A stretch of 64,000 bases of DNA from Patescibacteria group bacterium (lineage in GTDB: Bacteria > Patescibacteriota > Minisyncoccia > Phycocordibacterales > PALSA-1337): contig JAGWWT010000003.1 in NCBI GenBank assembly GCA_018970245.1, positions 3,519 to 67,518 on the forward strand, given 5' to 3'. Made by a program: the position numbers and the translations under genes. The notes beneath the pieces were generated by a model. That model was given only the letters and a program-made list of their open reading frames with translations. It was not told where the DNA came from and searched no databases. Position 1 is the first letter of the stretch, and each line of letters begins with the position of its first letter. Below, piece after piece: positions 17,166 through 26,225 of this stretch.

Positions 17166-17708
17166 TCACCTTAAGTGTCCAAGTCCCTCTAAAACAACTG
17201 CGTTGGCCAGACCTTTCAAGGACTCTCCTCTTGTGACGATTTTTGATTTCCTGATACCGCTACCTAGAACGACGATATCTGTGTCAACGACTGCCTTATC
17301 AATCAGCACAGGCCAATCATTTGGCAGTCCGATTCCCGTGATGCCTCCATAATCCATTTTCGTTAGTGCGACAGCTTCATCCATAGGCGCGAACGAGACT
17401 TTGCGGGCACCCAAATGCCTGCGCACCAATCCATTCACGTCTGCTTTCGTCGTCGCCAATATCATGCAGGCCGCATACCAATTCTTATCTGCTCTAGAAG
17501 CTTTTACCACGACGCAATTCACGGTCTGATTCGGCGCGATCTTATAGTATTCACAAAAGGCTGCTGTATCTGAATATTGTGGATCGATCTCGGCCACGCT
17601 GAATCCAGATGCATTTGAAAGTGACGATATAGCCGTATGGACGGTTTCAGCCAGAAGCTCGCGGTGATCGACAGCTGGTATGAGTTTTAATTCACCAAGA
17701 GAGTTCAT
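17166..17708 (-). CDS. YbaK/EbsC-family aminoacyl-tRNA editing domain protein
   Basis: NCVVV, RKVSFAPMD, YGGITGIGLP, GSGIRKSK. Confidence 0.85.
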   Translation of the reverse strand: MNSLGELKLIPAVDHRELLAETVHTAISSLSNASGFSVAEIDPQYSDTAAFCEYYKIAPNQTVNCVVVKASRADKNWYAACMILATTKADVNGLVRRHLGARKVSFAPMDEAVALTKMDYGGITGIGLPNDWPVLIDKAVVDTDIVVLGSGIRKSKIVTRGESLKGLANAVVLEGLGHLR

Positions 17709-17710
17709 GT

Positions 17711-18310
17711 CTAATCAAGAATAACAGTAACTTTTTCCAGCCAATATCGCAAAGGTTTTTCATTTGTGACTAGGAATGCCCTGCCGCCAAGCTTTTCAAA
17801 GTATCCGCAGGTTGTTGGGGAATCATCTATAAGAACCGAACTCCCAATCGTCGAACCAATCCTTTCAATGACATCAAGGTAAGCTTTCCCTTCATTGTCG
17901 TTTTTTGAATTTCCACGCGAATGAGAAGACTCTATGAGATCAAAATGTTCATCCAACTTAAGAGTTGGAACGGTGAATCGCTCGAAGCAGTCCATATTAT
18001 CCGTCATAAGAACGGCTATGAATTTGCTCCTCAAAGAATCGATTGTTTTCAGGTCAGTCTCATCGACTTTCATAGTCTTGCAATCTGAAACAAATAGATT
18101 CCAGAGCATTTCATAGTCAATGCCAAGTTCCTCCGACAGAAAACGATTAATATCTTCTGAAGAATATTTATTCCTCATCCAATCGTTTACTCTCTGTTTG
18201 TCGGAAAACAGAAGTTCTTGAATTTTCACATTATTTGTCTTATCTAAGCTTCTCCAAAACCTATCGAAACAAAGCGTACCGTCGAAGTCTACGAATAAGA
18301 CCGGCTTCAT
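17711..18310 (-). CDS. HAD-superfamily hydrolase
   Basis: FVDFDGTL, TDN, IDDS. Confidence 0.8.
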   Translation of the reverse strand: MKPVLFVDFDGTLCFDRFWRSLDKTNNVKIQELLFSDKQRVNDWMRNKYSSEDINRFLSEELGIDYEMLWNLFVSDCKTMKVDETDLKTIDSLRSKFIAVLMTDNMDCFERFTVPTLKLDEHFDLIESSHSRGNSKNDNEGKAYLDVIERIGSTIGSSVLIDDSPTTCGYFEKLGGRAFLVTNEKPLRYWLEKVTVILD

Positions 18311-18355
18311 GACTTAAGCATACTATCAAGCGTCGCCATCTGCTAATATTCTCAT

Positions 18356-19516
18356 ATGAAAAGAATCCACCCTGACGTCATTAGGCTCGGCCTTGTCAGC
18401 TTCCTCACGGATGTGAGCTCCGAAGCCATATTCTCTGTCTTCGCGGTCTTCTTCACGACGATAGCTGGTGCGTCGGCGGCATTGCTCGGAGTCGTCGAAG
18501 GCTTGTCTGATTTCTCTGCGTCATCTCTGGACTATGTTTCCGGTTGGATGTCGGACAAGACAGGCAGACGTAAATCGCTAGCTGTCGTTGGCTATGGATT
18601 TTCGACTCTGGCTAAATTCTTCCTGCTCGTTGCCAACTCGATCGCTTCTCTGTCTTTGTTCAGGATAGTCGAGCGCCTCGGCAAGAGCTTCCGCGGACCG
18701 CCGCGCGACGCCTGGCTAGCGGATGTCGCCGCCGAAGCCGATCGCGGATTCTCATTCGGCGTTCATAAAGCGATGGACAAAGCCGGCGCCGTTCTGGGCC
18801 CTGTATTAGCCTTCCTGCTTTTGGCCTGGCTCGGCCAAGATCTGCACGGATTCAAGGTGCTATTCATCTGCACGGCGATCGTAGCAGTCTTCGCTGTACT
18901 TTTCCTTCTCGTCATGAAGGACCGCCCCGGCGCGCCGCACCAGCGCGACAATATCTTCAAAGCCTGGCGATTCCTGTCCCCCGGCTTCAAGCTCTACCTC
19001 ATCCCAGCCGGAATATTCTCGCTCGCCTATTTCAGCTTCGGCTTCCTGCTCCTCAAGGCCTATGAGGTTGGGTTCTCGATCGCCGACGTCATCCTTCTGT
19101 ATGCCCTTTTCAATGTGGCCTTCGTGATAGCATCGATCCCGATCGGCAGCTTAGGAGACAGGATCGGCCGTCACTGGCTGATCAAAATGGAATATGCCAT
19201 CTATGCTCTCATGTCTTTAGGCTTCATCTTCGCCACGGATAAATGGGAGATCGTCGGGCTTTTCATAATCTTCGGCGTCTTCTACTCCATAGACGAGGCT
19301 CAGACGAAGGCCTTCATCGCCGACCTAGAGCCGGAACGCCGCGGCAGCGCCATCGGCCTCTATAATTTCTTCTCCGGCATCGTCTACCTGCCGGCTTCGC
19401 TCATCGCAGGCGCGCTTTGGACTGTTGATCCGTCTTACTCGTTCGTGTTCGCTTTGATAGTCTCAGTCATCGCTCTTCTCATATTCGCCGTCATGGATAG
19501 GAGGATCCTTCGTTGA
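18356..19516 (+). CDS. MFS transporter
   Basis: GLVSFLTDVSSE, SDKTGRRK, GPPRDA, HKAMDKAGAVLGP. Confidence 0.9.
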   Translation: MKRIHPDVIRLGLVSFLTDVSSEAIFSVFAVFFTTIAGASAALLGVVEGLSDFSASSLDYVSGWMSDKTGRRKSLAVVGYGFSTLAKFFLLVANSIASLSLFRIVERLGKSFRGPPRDAWLADVAAEADRGFSFGVHKAMDKAGAVLGPVLAFLLLAWLGQDLHGFKVLFICTAIVAVFAVLFLLVMKDRPGAPHQRDNIFKAWRFLSPGFKLYLIPAGIFSLAYFSFGFLLLKAYEVGFSIADVILLYALFNVAFVIASIPIGSLGDRIGRHWLIKMEYAIYALMSLGFIFATDKWEIVGLFIIFGVFYSIDEAQTKAFIADLEPERRGSAIGLYNFFSGIVYLPASLIAGALWTVDPSYSFVFALIVSVIALLIFAVMDRRILR

Positions 19517-19565
19517 CATTTTCCTGGTCCGGAGTAGTTTGTCACCAGAACAGAAAGGTCAAAAT

Positions 19566-20261
19566 ATGAGAAATGTGATCATCGCCGGAAAAGGCAACAT
19601 GGCGCAGCTCTTCACGACGGAGCTCCAACATATGGGGTACGACGTCTATGATTTCGAGCATCTTCCTGATGGCTACGTGGCCGGATTGGACAGTTCCGAA
19701 ACAGTCGGGTTGCACGTGGGAAGCGGCAAGGATCTGGACCGATTCGTGGCCAGATGCGCCGATCTCGAAATACCAGTCCTCCAAGGATCGACTGGCCAAA
19801 AGATAGACGAGGCCTGGCCTGGCTTGGTGGTCAACGCAGATAACTTCGCCTTGCCGATCCTGCGCGTGATCCAGCTCCTGTCCAAGATCGCCGGTAGCCT
19901 CGGTCCCTCGCAAGGCTTGAACATGAAAGCTGGCCTGGCCGAATCCCATCAGTGGTCAAAGAAATCTGTGCCTGGCACAGCCAAGCGGATGGCTGCTGCG
20001 ATCGGCGTCGAAGAATCGGACATAAAGTCCGTGCGCGATCCTGACCTGCAGATGGCCATGGGAGTGCCAGCCGATGCGCTAGATGCTCACGGCCACCACT
20101 TCCTGACTTGGACAGGCTTCGGAGTGCAGATCCAACTTACCACGAGGATCAACGGCCGCGGCGCCTATTTCGAAGGCGGCCTGCACTTGCTGCAGATACT
20201 GCACGACAGACGCCATGAGAGAGGGGTGCACGACGTCCTCGACTTCCTCGACCGGAAGTGA
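19566..20261 (+). CDS. Dihydrodipicolinate reductase (DapB)-like protein
   Basis: GKGNMA Rossmann start, GSTG, ADNF, ESHQWSKKSVPGTA; TTGACA..TAGTTT upstream. Confidence 0.7.
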   Translation: MRNVIIAGKGNMAQLFTTELQHMGYDVYDFEHLPDGYVAGLDSSETVGLHVGSGKDLDRFVARCADLEIPVLQGSTGQKIDEAWPGLVVNADNFALPILRVIQLLSKIAGSLGPSQGLNMKAGLAESHQWSKKSVPGTAKRMAAAIGVEESDIKSVRDPDLQMAMGVPADALDAHGHHFLTWTGFGVQIQLTTRINGRGAYFEGGLHLLQILHDRRHERGVHDVLDFLDRK

Positions 20262-20311
20262 GGCGGGGCGCTCCAGATGACAGTTCCAAGCTCGCAGCGA
20301 TGCGGGCGTTT

Positions 20312-21043
20312 TTATTTCACAAAGAAAGTCGCTCTGACCGTCACCATGACGTTCTTTTCGATGGATGAGGTGTCGTATTGGCCGTAATCGGAGACATCTA
20401 TCGAGTTCGGCGCAAGGACCTGGACGACGCCGCTCGAAGCCGCCTTGAGAGCGCCTACCCTTGTGCCGGCGCTGCTGGCGATCTGCTCTGCCCTGTTCCT
20501 CGCATCCGTGAGCGCGGCGCCGAGGAGAGAGACGCGCAAGGCGGCCAGCTTCGAAGAGAAATACTGCGGCTGGTCGGCCATGACCAAGATACCCTTCGAA
20601 GTCAGCGCCTCGGTCGATTTCGAGAGCTTGTCTATGATCTGCGGATCGTCGGACTGGACAGTCACTCTCTGGCTCACCTCGAACTGCCTCGGTCCGCCGC
20701 TTTGGTCGGTCTTGTAGTTATACTGCTGCATCGTCATCGGCGCGGCTATGGTTATGTCAGCGTCCGGGATCCCGTTATCGGAAAGGAACTTCTTGGCTGC
20801 CGCAAGATCCGAAGCGAGCCCTGAATATGCGCCCTCCAAGTAGCCTTCCGTGGCCTGGCGCGACAGCGTGAATGACCATGAAGCATTGTCGGCTGAGACC
20901 TTTTGGGAAGCCGACCCTGTGACCACCAGGGTGTTATCGAAGCTGCGGACCGTGATAAAGGCGTAGACGCCTATGAGGGACGCGACCACGAGGGCTGCGC
21001 CCAAAATGATCGCCGGAGCGATCAAAGAGTTCTTATTTTTCAT
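20312..21043 (-). CDS. SIMPL domain (DUF541) protein
   Basis: N-terminal TM, VTGSA..V.AD.A.W, ARNRAEQIA, GVVQV, YDTSSIEK. Confidence 0.85.
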   Translation of the reverse strand: MKNKNSLIAPAIILGAALVVASLIGVYAFITVRSFDNTLVVTGSASQKVSADNASWSFTLSRQATEGYLEGAYSGLASDLAAAKKFLSDNGIPDADITIAAPMTMQQYNYKTDQSGGPRQFEVSQRVTVQSDDPQIIDKLSKSTEALTSKGILVMADQPQYFSSKLAALRVSLLGAALTDARNRAEQIASSAGTRVGALKAASSGVVQVLAPNSIDVSDYGQYDTSSIEKNVMVTVRATFFVK

Positions 21044-21061
21044 GAGCAGATTGTACCACCT

Positions 21062-21802
21062 TCACTTGACGAATTCATCATCGGCAGAAAGCCGGCTATG
21101 CACACGCGTGTCGCTCTCCATCTCGCCGTCCATGAGACGGATTATGCGCTCGGCGTGGTCTGCGGTAGAGGTCTCGTGGGTGATGAGGACTATCGTCTTC
21201 CCGTGCTCCTCATTCAGGTGCTGCATGATGGCCATGACGGTCTTGCCGGATTTGCTGTCGAGATTGCCGGTCGGCTCATCCGCGAAGATGACCTCTGGAT
21301 CAGTCACCAGCGCGCGAGCGATGGCCACTCTCTGGCGCTCGCCGCCGGAGAGCTCAGACTGGCCGTGATGCATGCGATGGGCCAGACCGACCGATTCGAC
21401 TGCTTCGCGCGCGCGATCGTCCCATTCATGCTCTGGTATCTTCGAATAATAGAGAGGCAGTTTGACGTTGTCGATGACGCTCGTCCGCGGCAGAAGGTTG
21501 AAGGCCTGGAAGACGAAGCCGATTTCCCTGTTGCGCAGATCGGCAAGCTCGTCTGAAGTGTATGAGGTCACATTCTTGCCGTTGAAACGGTAGCTGCCAG
21601 AGGTCGGCTCGTCGAGAAGGCCCAAAAGGTGCAGAAGGGTCGATTTCCCGCTCCCTGATGGCCCCATGATGGCCAAGAATTGGCCGCGCGGCACGTCGAA
21701 GCTGACCTTATCCAGAGCGACAGTCGGCGTCTCGCTGCCGTCTCCGTAGGCCTTGCGGAGATTCTTGACGGAGATGACGCTTTCGGCTTCTTTGGCAGTC
21801 AT
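21062..21802 (-). CDS. ABC transporter ATP-binding protein (MacB/LolD-like)
   Basis: GPSGSGKST, FVFQAFNLL, LSGGERQRVAIARAL, ADEPTGNLD, ITHE. Confidence 0.95.
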   Translation of the reverse strand: MTAKEAESVISVKNLRKAYGDGSETPTVALDKVSFDVPRGQFLAIMGPSGSGKSTLLHLLGLLDEPTSGSYRFNGKNVTSYTSDELADLRNREIGFVFQAFNLLPRTSVIDNVKLPLYYSKIPEHEWDDRAREAVESVGLAHRMHHGQSELSGGERQRVAIARALVTDPEVIFADEPTGNLDSKSGKTVMAIMQHLNEEHGKTIVLITHETSTADHAERIIRLMDGEMESDTRVHSRLSADDEFVK

Positions 21803-22404
21803 TTGAATAGGGCTTTGATGTCTCCGGCGAGCTCGGGAAATTCCGAACCAGTGAAATGTCCTCGTCCTTCGAACTTCTTTAATATCGCATTCGGCAAGCG
21901 CTCTTTGTAAGATTCAGCATCTTTGAAGTCGACATAGGGATCATCCGTGCTGTGGTATATGGTGATCCTGCCTCCCTGTTCAGAGAGCAGATCGAGGCTT
22001 TTTGGCAGGATAAAATCTGCCATATCCTTCTCATTCGGATCGTTCGCAAATGGCGCAGCCACCAATAATACGGCCTCCAGTCTCATTTTCAATTTATTTT
22101 CCGACAGATACTTGGCTAAGAAGATGCCTCCCAATGAATGCCCCACGAGCACCGAGTTGTCTTTAATCTGCGGCACGATCTTATCGAACCAGATCTTCCA
22201 CTCGAGGTACTTGGCATTAGCACTGTTCGGCATTCTTGGCGTATATACTAGAAAGTCAGTACCTAGCAATGCTTCTAATGTTTCTCGCCACCTCTTCCTT
22301 CTGGCATCTTCAAGGTCGAATTCCTCCGCCTTCAGGTCGGCGATGTACTTCTCGTATGTTTCCGGCGTATCGCCGCCGTGGATGACGATGACTTGGCGCT
22401 TCAT
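21799..22404 (-). CDS. RBBP9/YdeN-like alpha/beta hydrolase
   Basis: IHGG, GHSLGG, HSTDDPYV, GHF. Confidence 0.88.
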   Translation of the reverse strand: MKRQVIVIHGGDTPETYEKYIADLKAEEFDLEDARRKRWRETLEALLGTDFLVYTPRMPNSANAKYLEWKIWFDKIVPQIKDNSVLVGHSLGGIFLAKYLSENKLKMRLEAVLLVAAPFANDPNEKDMADFILPKSLDLLSEQGGRITIYHSTDDPYVDFKDAESYKERLPNAILKKFEGRGHFTGSEFPELAGDIKALFK

Positions 22405-22416
22405 GATGTCAGTATA

Positions 22417-22674
22417 TCACTTATACAATTCTGGATGCGTGCCTATCGCGACGATAAGGACACTGCCCTTCTCCTTATAATAGATCGCCCGATAGTTACC
22501 AGTGATGTTGATGCTTCGGCAGCCAGAATATGCCCGTTCGACAGAATGATTGTTCAAAATAACGTGATAGGGTTCACGCAGGAACAGTGCAATACGCTCG
22601 TCAAACTGCTCCCGAAGCCTTGGGGACAATTTCTTCAATTTCTTTTTTGCGTCGGAGTGAAGAAAAACGTGCAT
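22417..22674 (-). CDS. RelE/YafQ-family toxin
   Basis: LNNH, RSINITGNYRAIY, IGTHPELY. Confidence 0.85.
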   Translation of the reverse strand: MHVFLHSDAKKKLKKLSPRLREQFDERIALFLREPYHVILNNHSVERAYSGCRSINITGNYRAIYYKEKGSVLIVAIGTHPELYK

Positions 22675-22677
22675 CTC

Positions 22678-22977
22678 CTAATTATCCAGCCATTTTTTCA
22701 TCTGTGCAACTGACGTGAAGGCCGGGGAGATGTTCTTACCCTTTTTGAAGTCGTTGATCGCGCGCTCTATTTGCCTTCGGGTGCGGTCATTGAAATGCTC
22801 TTCTTCGGATACGTCGACATTGAACCTCTTTTCTGCATAGGCTCTAAGGCTCAGCTTTAAAACAGCGGAAAGCGGAATGCCTTCGCTTTTGGCTCTTTTC
22901 ATTGCCTGTTCCTTGATCTTGCTATCGACATTGATGATAACAGTTGATGTCATGTTTTTGTATTTATTTTTGGCCAC
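22678..22977 (-). CDS. RelB/DinJ-like antitoxin
   Basis: RHH-like VIINVDSKIKEQA...GIPLSAVL; C-terminal KNISPAF; directly upstream of the toxin. Confidence 0.75.
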   Translation of the reverse strand: MAKNKYKNMTSTVIINVDSKIKEQAMKRAKSEGIPLSAVLKLSLRAYAEKRFNVDVSEEEHFNDRTRRQIERAINDFKKGKNISPAFTSVAQMKKWLDN

Positions 22978-22990
22978 GTCTGACTAGACG

Positions 22991-23026
22991 CATATATATC
23001 TTATATATTACAAATATATATGTCAA
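22991..23026 (-). promoter_or_regulatory. TA operon promoter with overlapping operator palindrome
   Basis: TTGACA-N17-TAAGAT; inverted repeat CATATATAT...ATATATATG (22991-23022). Confidence 0.7.
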
Positions 23027-23480
23027 TCATTCCGGCCCCTGAAGCTCAGGATGTAATCGAGCAGTTCGGACAGATTGCATCTGGCTAATCCGATCGCCGT
23101 ATCGGCCGCACCGTAATAGACATAAAGCATGTCGCCGATCACTATTGCGCCTTCAGGAAAAGTCACATTGGGCACAAGACCGGATGTTTCATATTCCGTG
23201 GCCGGCTGCAATAGATATCCTGGGACTCTTGCGATCAGTTTGTCCGGTTCATCGAGGTCGAGGAGGCTGCACCGATCGTCCAAGAGTCTGACATGGATTC
23301 ACCCGAGTAAATGAGAAGCCAGCCTTTATCGGTTCTGAACAGCATCCTAACTAGATCTTTATCCTGAACGACGGATGGGTTGAAGACGGCTTTGCCTTCC
23401 CATCCGACGTCTGGTCTTGGGATCAAAATCGGCTTAGGTTCTTCTTCGCTCGGATAACGCTCTAGATGGAATTTTTTCAC
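23023..23480 (-). pseudogene. GH130-like glycosidase/phosphorylase remnant with internal deletion and frameshift
   Basis: N-terminal motif WE.KAVFNPSVV joined directly to late motif TDKGWLLIY; frameshift near WTIGAA/LLDLDEP; C-terminal GLVPNVTFPEG..YYGAAD. Confidence 0.75.
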
Positions 23481-23489
23481 GATTGAATC

Positions 23490-25013
23490 TTACTGCTTTA
23501 TGTACGTCACCACCTTGTCGCCCACATTCAAGCCGGAAGTGATCTCGGTCGTGCCGTCGGAACCCTTGAGGCCGATCGTCACGGGAACGGAAGAATATGT
23601 CTTGCCGTCGGCGGAAACTAGCCTTACTGACTTGGCGCCGTTATCGTCGGTTATAGCGCGCGATGGGACTTCAAGAACATCTGCCGCCTGGTGCGTGAGG
23701 ATATCCAGGTTTGCGGTCATCCCAGAACGGATGCGTGCATCTGGCGTGACAAAATACAGCGTGACCTTGTAGGTCGGAACTCCCTCGATGACCGTCTCTG
23801 CAGGGTCGATCATAGCTACCTGCGACGGAAAATCGGTATCGGAACCGTAAGCGTCCAGTGTCGTCGAGGCCAGATCGCCGACCGCTACTTTGGCGATGTC
23901 CGCTTCCGGGACATACGCTTCTATCTTGAATGAGCTGTTCTGGACCGCAAATCCGGAAGAGCCTGCAGCCGCGAACTCCCCTACTGACGGATCGGCTCTA
24001 GTGACGATGCCGTCGATGGGCGAAGTCAATGTATCCTGATCGAGCACGGCTTTCGCCTGAGCCACTTTGGCCGCCTGGGCCGCTATAGACTGCTCTGAAT
24101 TGCCAGAGAGCTTCAGGTTATAGTCGGATAGCGCCTGGTCATATGAAGCCTGCGCGGCAGTCAGGCTGGATTGGGCGGTCGTCACGGCGTCTATCGCGGA
24201 ATTCAGAGCTGAAAGCGCCGAGTTCATGGAAGCCACATCGGAATCGATGGCTGACTGCGATAGCCCGGAATTGCCGGTGCTCATAGCATTGACGACCCCT
24301 GAAAGGTCAAGCATGAAGGACTTGATCTTCGACAGATACCCGGCGGCGTCGGCAAGGAGGCTGGCCGCGGACGTAGATGAGGCCTGGGAGAGCTCGGACG
24401 ACCACTGATTGAATACGCTGCTCACCGCCACGCGCTCGTTGTTCAGCAGATTCTGGTGCACGGTCGAGTCGACGCGGATGTTTATGGCTGGATTGGCGCT
24501 CTGCGGATTGGAGAAGAAGATATCGGCGTAATTGACCTCTGCGCCTTGGGCTTTGGCATAGGCGTCATGGAAGGAGTTCACGGCCGCGTCTTTGGCGCTG
24601 TCCAGAGCGGTCTTGGACGAAGCTACGTCGGATTCCTGGACAGCGAGCTCTGCGGGGGTGAGAGAGCGCGACATATCCGCCAGAGTCGCCTCAGCGCTCG
24701 CCAGCGCGGCCCTGTCGGCAGAATCGTCCAACGAAGCTATCTTATCGCCTTTCTTGATTTGGTCGCCGACTTTGACATATATCTCGGATATGACGCCGCT
24801 CTTCTCGAAGGCCAAGTCCGCTTTGCCTATAGGAGATACGGATCCAGTGACGGAGACGAGCTCAGTCACGGTGCCTATCTGGGCGGAAGCCGCATCGAAG
24901 TTCGGGGGTTGATTGCTGCTCCTGACCGCGGAAATGACGACGATCAGCACGATTATGACGGCTATAGCGATGAACCACCAGCTCTTTAGGAACCTCCAGC
25001 GGGATTTTTTCAT
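23490..25013 (-). CDS. Efflux RND/MacA-like periplasmic adaptor with long coiled coil
   Basis: TM anchor, SGVISEIYVKVGDQIKKGD, SPIDGIV, VPEADI, RSGMTA, GLNVGDKV. Confidence 0.9.
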   Translation of the reverse strand: MKKSRWRFLKSWWFIAIAVIIVLIVVISAVRSSNQPPNFDAASAQIGTVTELVSVTGSVSPIGKADLAFEKSGVISEIYVKVGDQIKKGDKIASLDDSADRAALASAEATLADMSRSLTPAELAVQESDVASSKTALDSAKDAAVNSFHDAYAKAQGAEVNYADIFFSNPQSANPAINIRVDSTVHQNLLNNERVAVSSVFNQWSSELSQASSTSAASLLADAAGYLSKIKSFMLDLSGVVNAMSTGNSGLSQSAIDSDVASMNSALSALNSAIDAVTTAQSSLTAAQASYDQALSDYNLKLSGNSEQSIAAQAAKVAQAKAVLDQDTLTSPIDGIVTRADPSVGEFAAAGSSGFAVQNSSFKIEAYVPEADIAKVAVGDLASTTLDAYGSDTDFPSQVAMIDPAETVIEGVPTYKVTLYFVTPDARIRSGMTANLDILTHQAADVLEVPSRAITDDNGAKSVRLVSADGKTYSSVPVTIGLKGSDGTTEITSGLNVGDKVVTYIKQ

Positions 25014-25102
25014 AGAAAAGTTGCATATATTGTAGCACAAACGAAAAGGCCCTTGCGGGCTCAGCCCACAGGGTCTTTCGGATATCGCCAGGCGGCAAGA
25101 GC

Positions 25103-25708
25103 CTAGCCGACGATCTCGACGAGCGTTCCCCTTCTGCCCGGGACAGCGCCCGAAACATATAAAATATTGTCTTCAGCGTCTATGTGAGCGACTTTGAGAT
25201 TCTTTACGGTAACGCGGTCCGATCCCATGCGGCCAGCCATTCTGGTGCCTACAGGAACGCGGTTGCGCAAGCCTCCGCCGATCGAGCCCGGCTCGCGCTC
25301 GGAATGCTTCTGGCCGTGTGTGCGAGGGCCGCCACGGAAGCCGTGGCGTTTGACCACGCCCTGGAAGCCCTTGCCCTTGGAGATAGCGCTGACCTGGACA
25401 GTATCGCCGGCCTTGAATTGGTCGATGCCGACCTTGTCGCCGACTTTGAGCGTCGGAGCGTCGACCCTGAATTCCTTGAGGGAAGCGAAGCTGCCGAGCT
25501 CTTTCAGGTGCCCGCGGAGGGGCTTGTTGATCCGGCGAGGATTGCGAGCTCCCTCTCCGACCTGCACAGCCTCATATCCGTCGTTCTCCTTGGTCCGGAC
25601 CTGGGTGACGACATTGCCGCGCACAGCCACAGCAGTGACCGGCACGGCATTGCCTGCCTCGTCATAGATCTGCGTCATATTCAGTTTGCGTCCGAGGATG
25701 AATTTCAT
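25103..25708 (-). CDS. rplC: 50S ribosomal protein L3
   Basis: GRKLNMTQ, DGYEAVQ, SKGKGFQGVVKRHGF, PGSIG, MAGRMG. Confidence 0.98.
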   Translation of the reverse strand: MKFILGRKLNMTQIYDEAGNAVPVTAVAVRGNVVTQVRTKENDGYEAVQVGEGARNPRRINKPLRGHLKELGSFASLKEFRVDAPTLKVGDKVGIDQFKAGDTVQVSAISKGKGFQGVVKRHGFRGGPRTHGQKHSEREPGSIGGGLRNRVPVGTRMAGRMGSDRVTVKNLKVAHIDAEDNILYVSGAVPGRRGTLVEIVG

Positions 25709-25717
25709 GGGATTAAG

Positions 25718-25766
25718 GTTACAGGTCACAGGTTACAGGTGTCACCTGCTACCTGTTACTTGCTAC
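25718..25766. repeat. Palindromic heptamer array in the rpsJ-rplC spacer
   Basis: gttacag gtcacag gttacag gtgtcac ctgctac ctgttac ttgctac; the last unit contains the rpsJ stop. Confidence 0.9.
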
Positions 25767-26164
25767 ATCATTTTGACATCTATGTTGACTCCAGATGGCA
25801 GTGATAAATTTGTAAGCGCTTCGATCACTTTCGGGTTCGGGTTGATGATATCGATCAGGCGCTTGTGGACGCGCATCTCGAACTGCTCGCGCGAGTTCTT
25901 GTCGATGAATGACGAGCGGTTGACAGTGTATTTCTTGATCTCCGTCGGCAGCGGGACAGGGCCGTGGACTTCGGCATCATAACGGGCGGCCGTATCCATG
26001 ATCTGCTTCAGGCTGGCATCCAGGATCTTGTGCTCGTAGGCGCGGACGCGGATGCGCAGATGCGGAGCTTCGCCTGCCGCCTTGGCCTTCCTGGCGCGCG
26101 GAGCGGCCTTGGGCTTGACGCTTGAAGGAGTCTCTTTCTTAGCTGTGTCTTTGTGGGTTGGCAT
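25763..26164 (-). CDS. rpsJ: 30S ribosomal protein S10 with N-terminal extension
   Basis: RIRVRAYEH, GPVPLPT, SREQFEMRVHKRLIDI. Confidence 0.97.
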   Translation of the reverse strand: MPTHKDTAKKETPSSVKPKAAPRARKAKAAGEAPHLRIRVRAYEHKILDASLKQIMDTAARYDAEVHGPVPLPTEIKKYTVNRSSFIDKNSREQFEMRVHKRLIDIINPNPKVIEALTNLSLPSGVNIDVKMM

Positions 26165-26171
26165 ATCAATG

Positions 26172-26221
26172 GTGACAGGTTACAAGTATCAGGTTTCAAC
26201 CTGCTACCTGTCACCTGCAAC
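26172..26221. repeat. Palindromic heptamer array in the tuf-rpsJ spacer
   Basis: gtgacag gttacaa gtatcag ... ctgctac ctgtcac ctgcaac. Confidence 0.85.
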
Positions 26222-26225
26222 TTCG

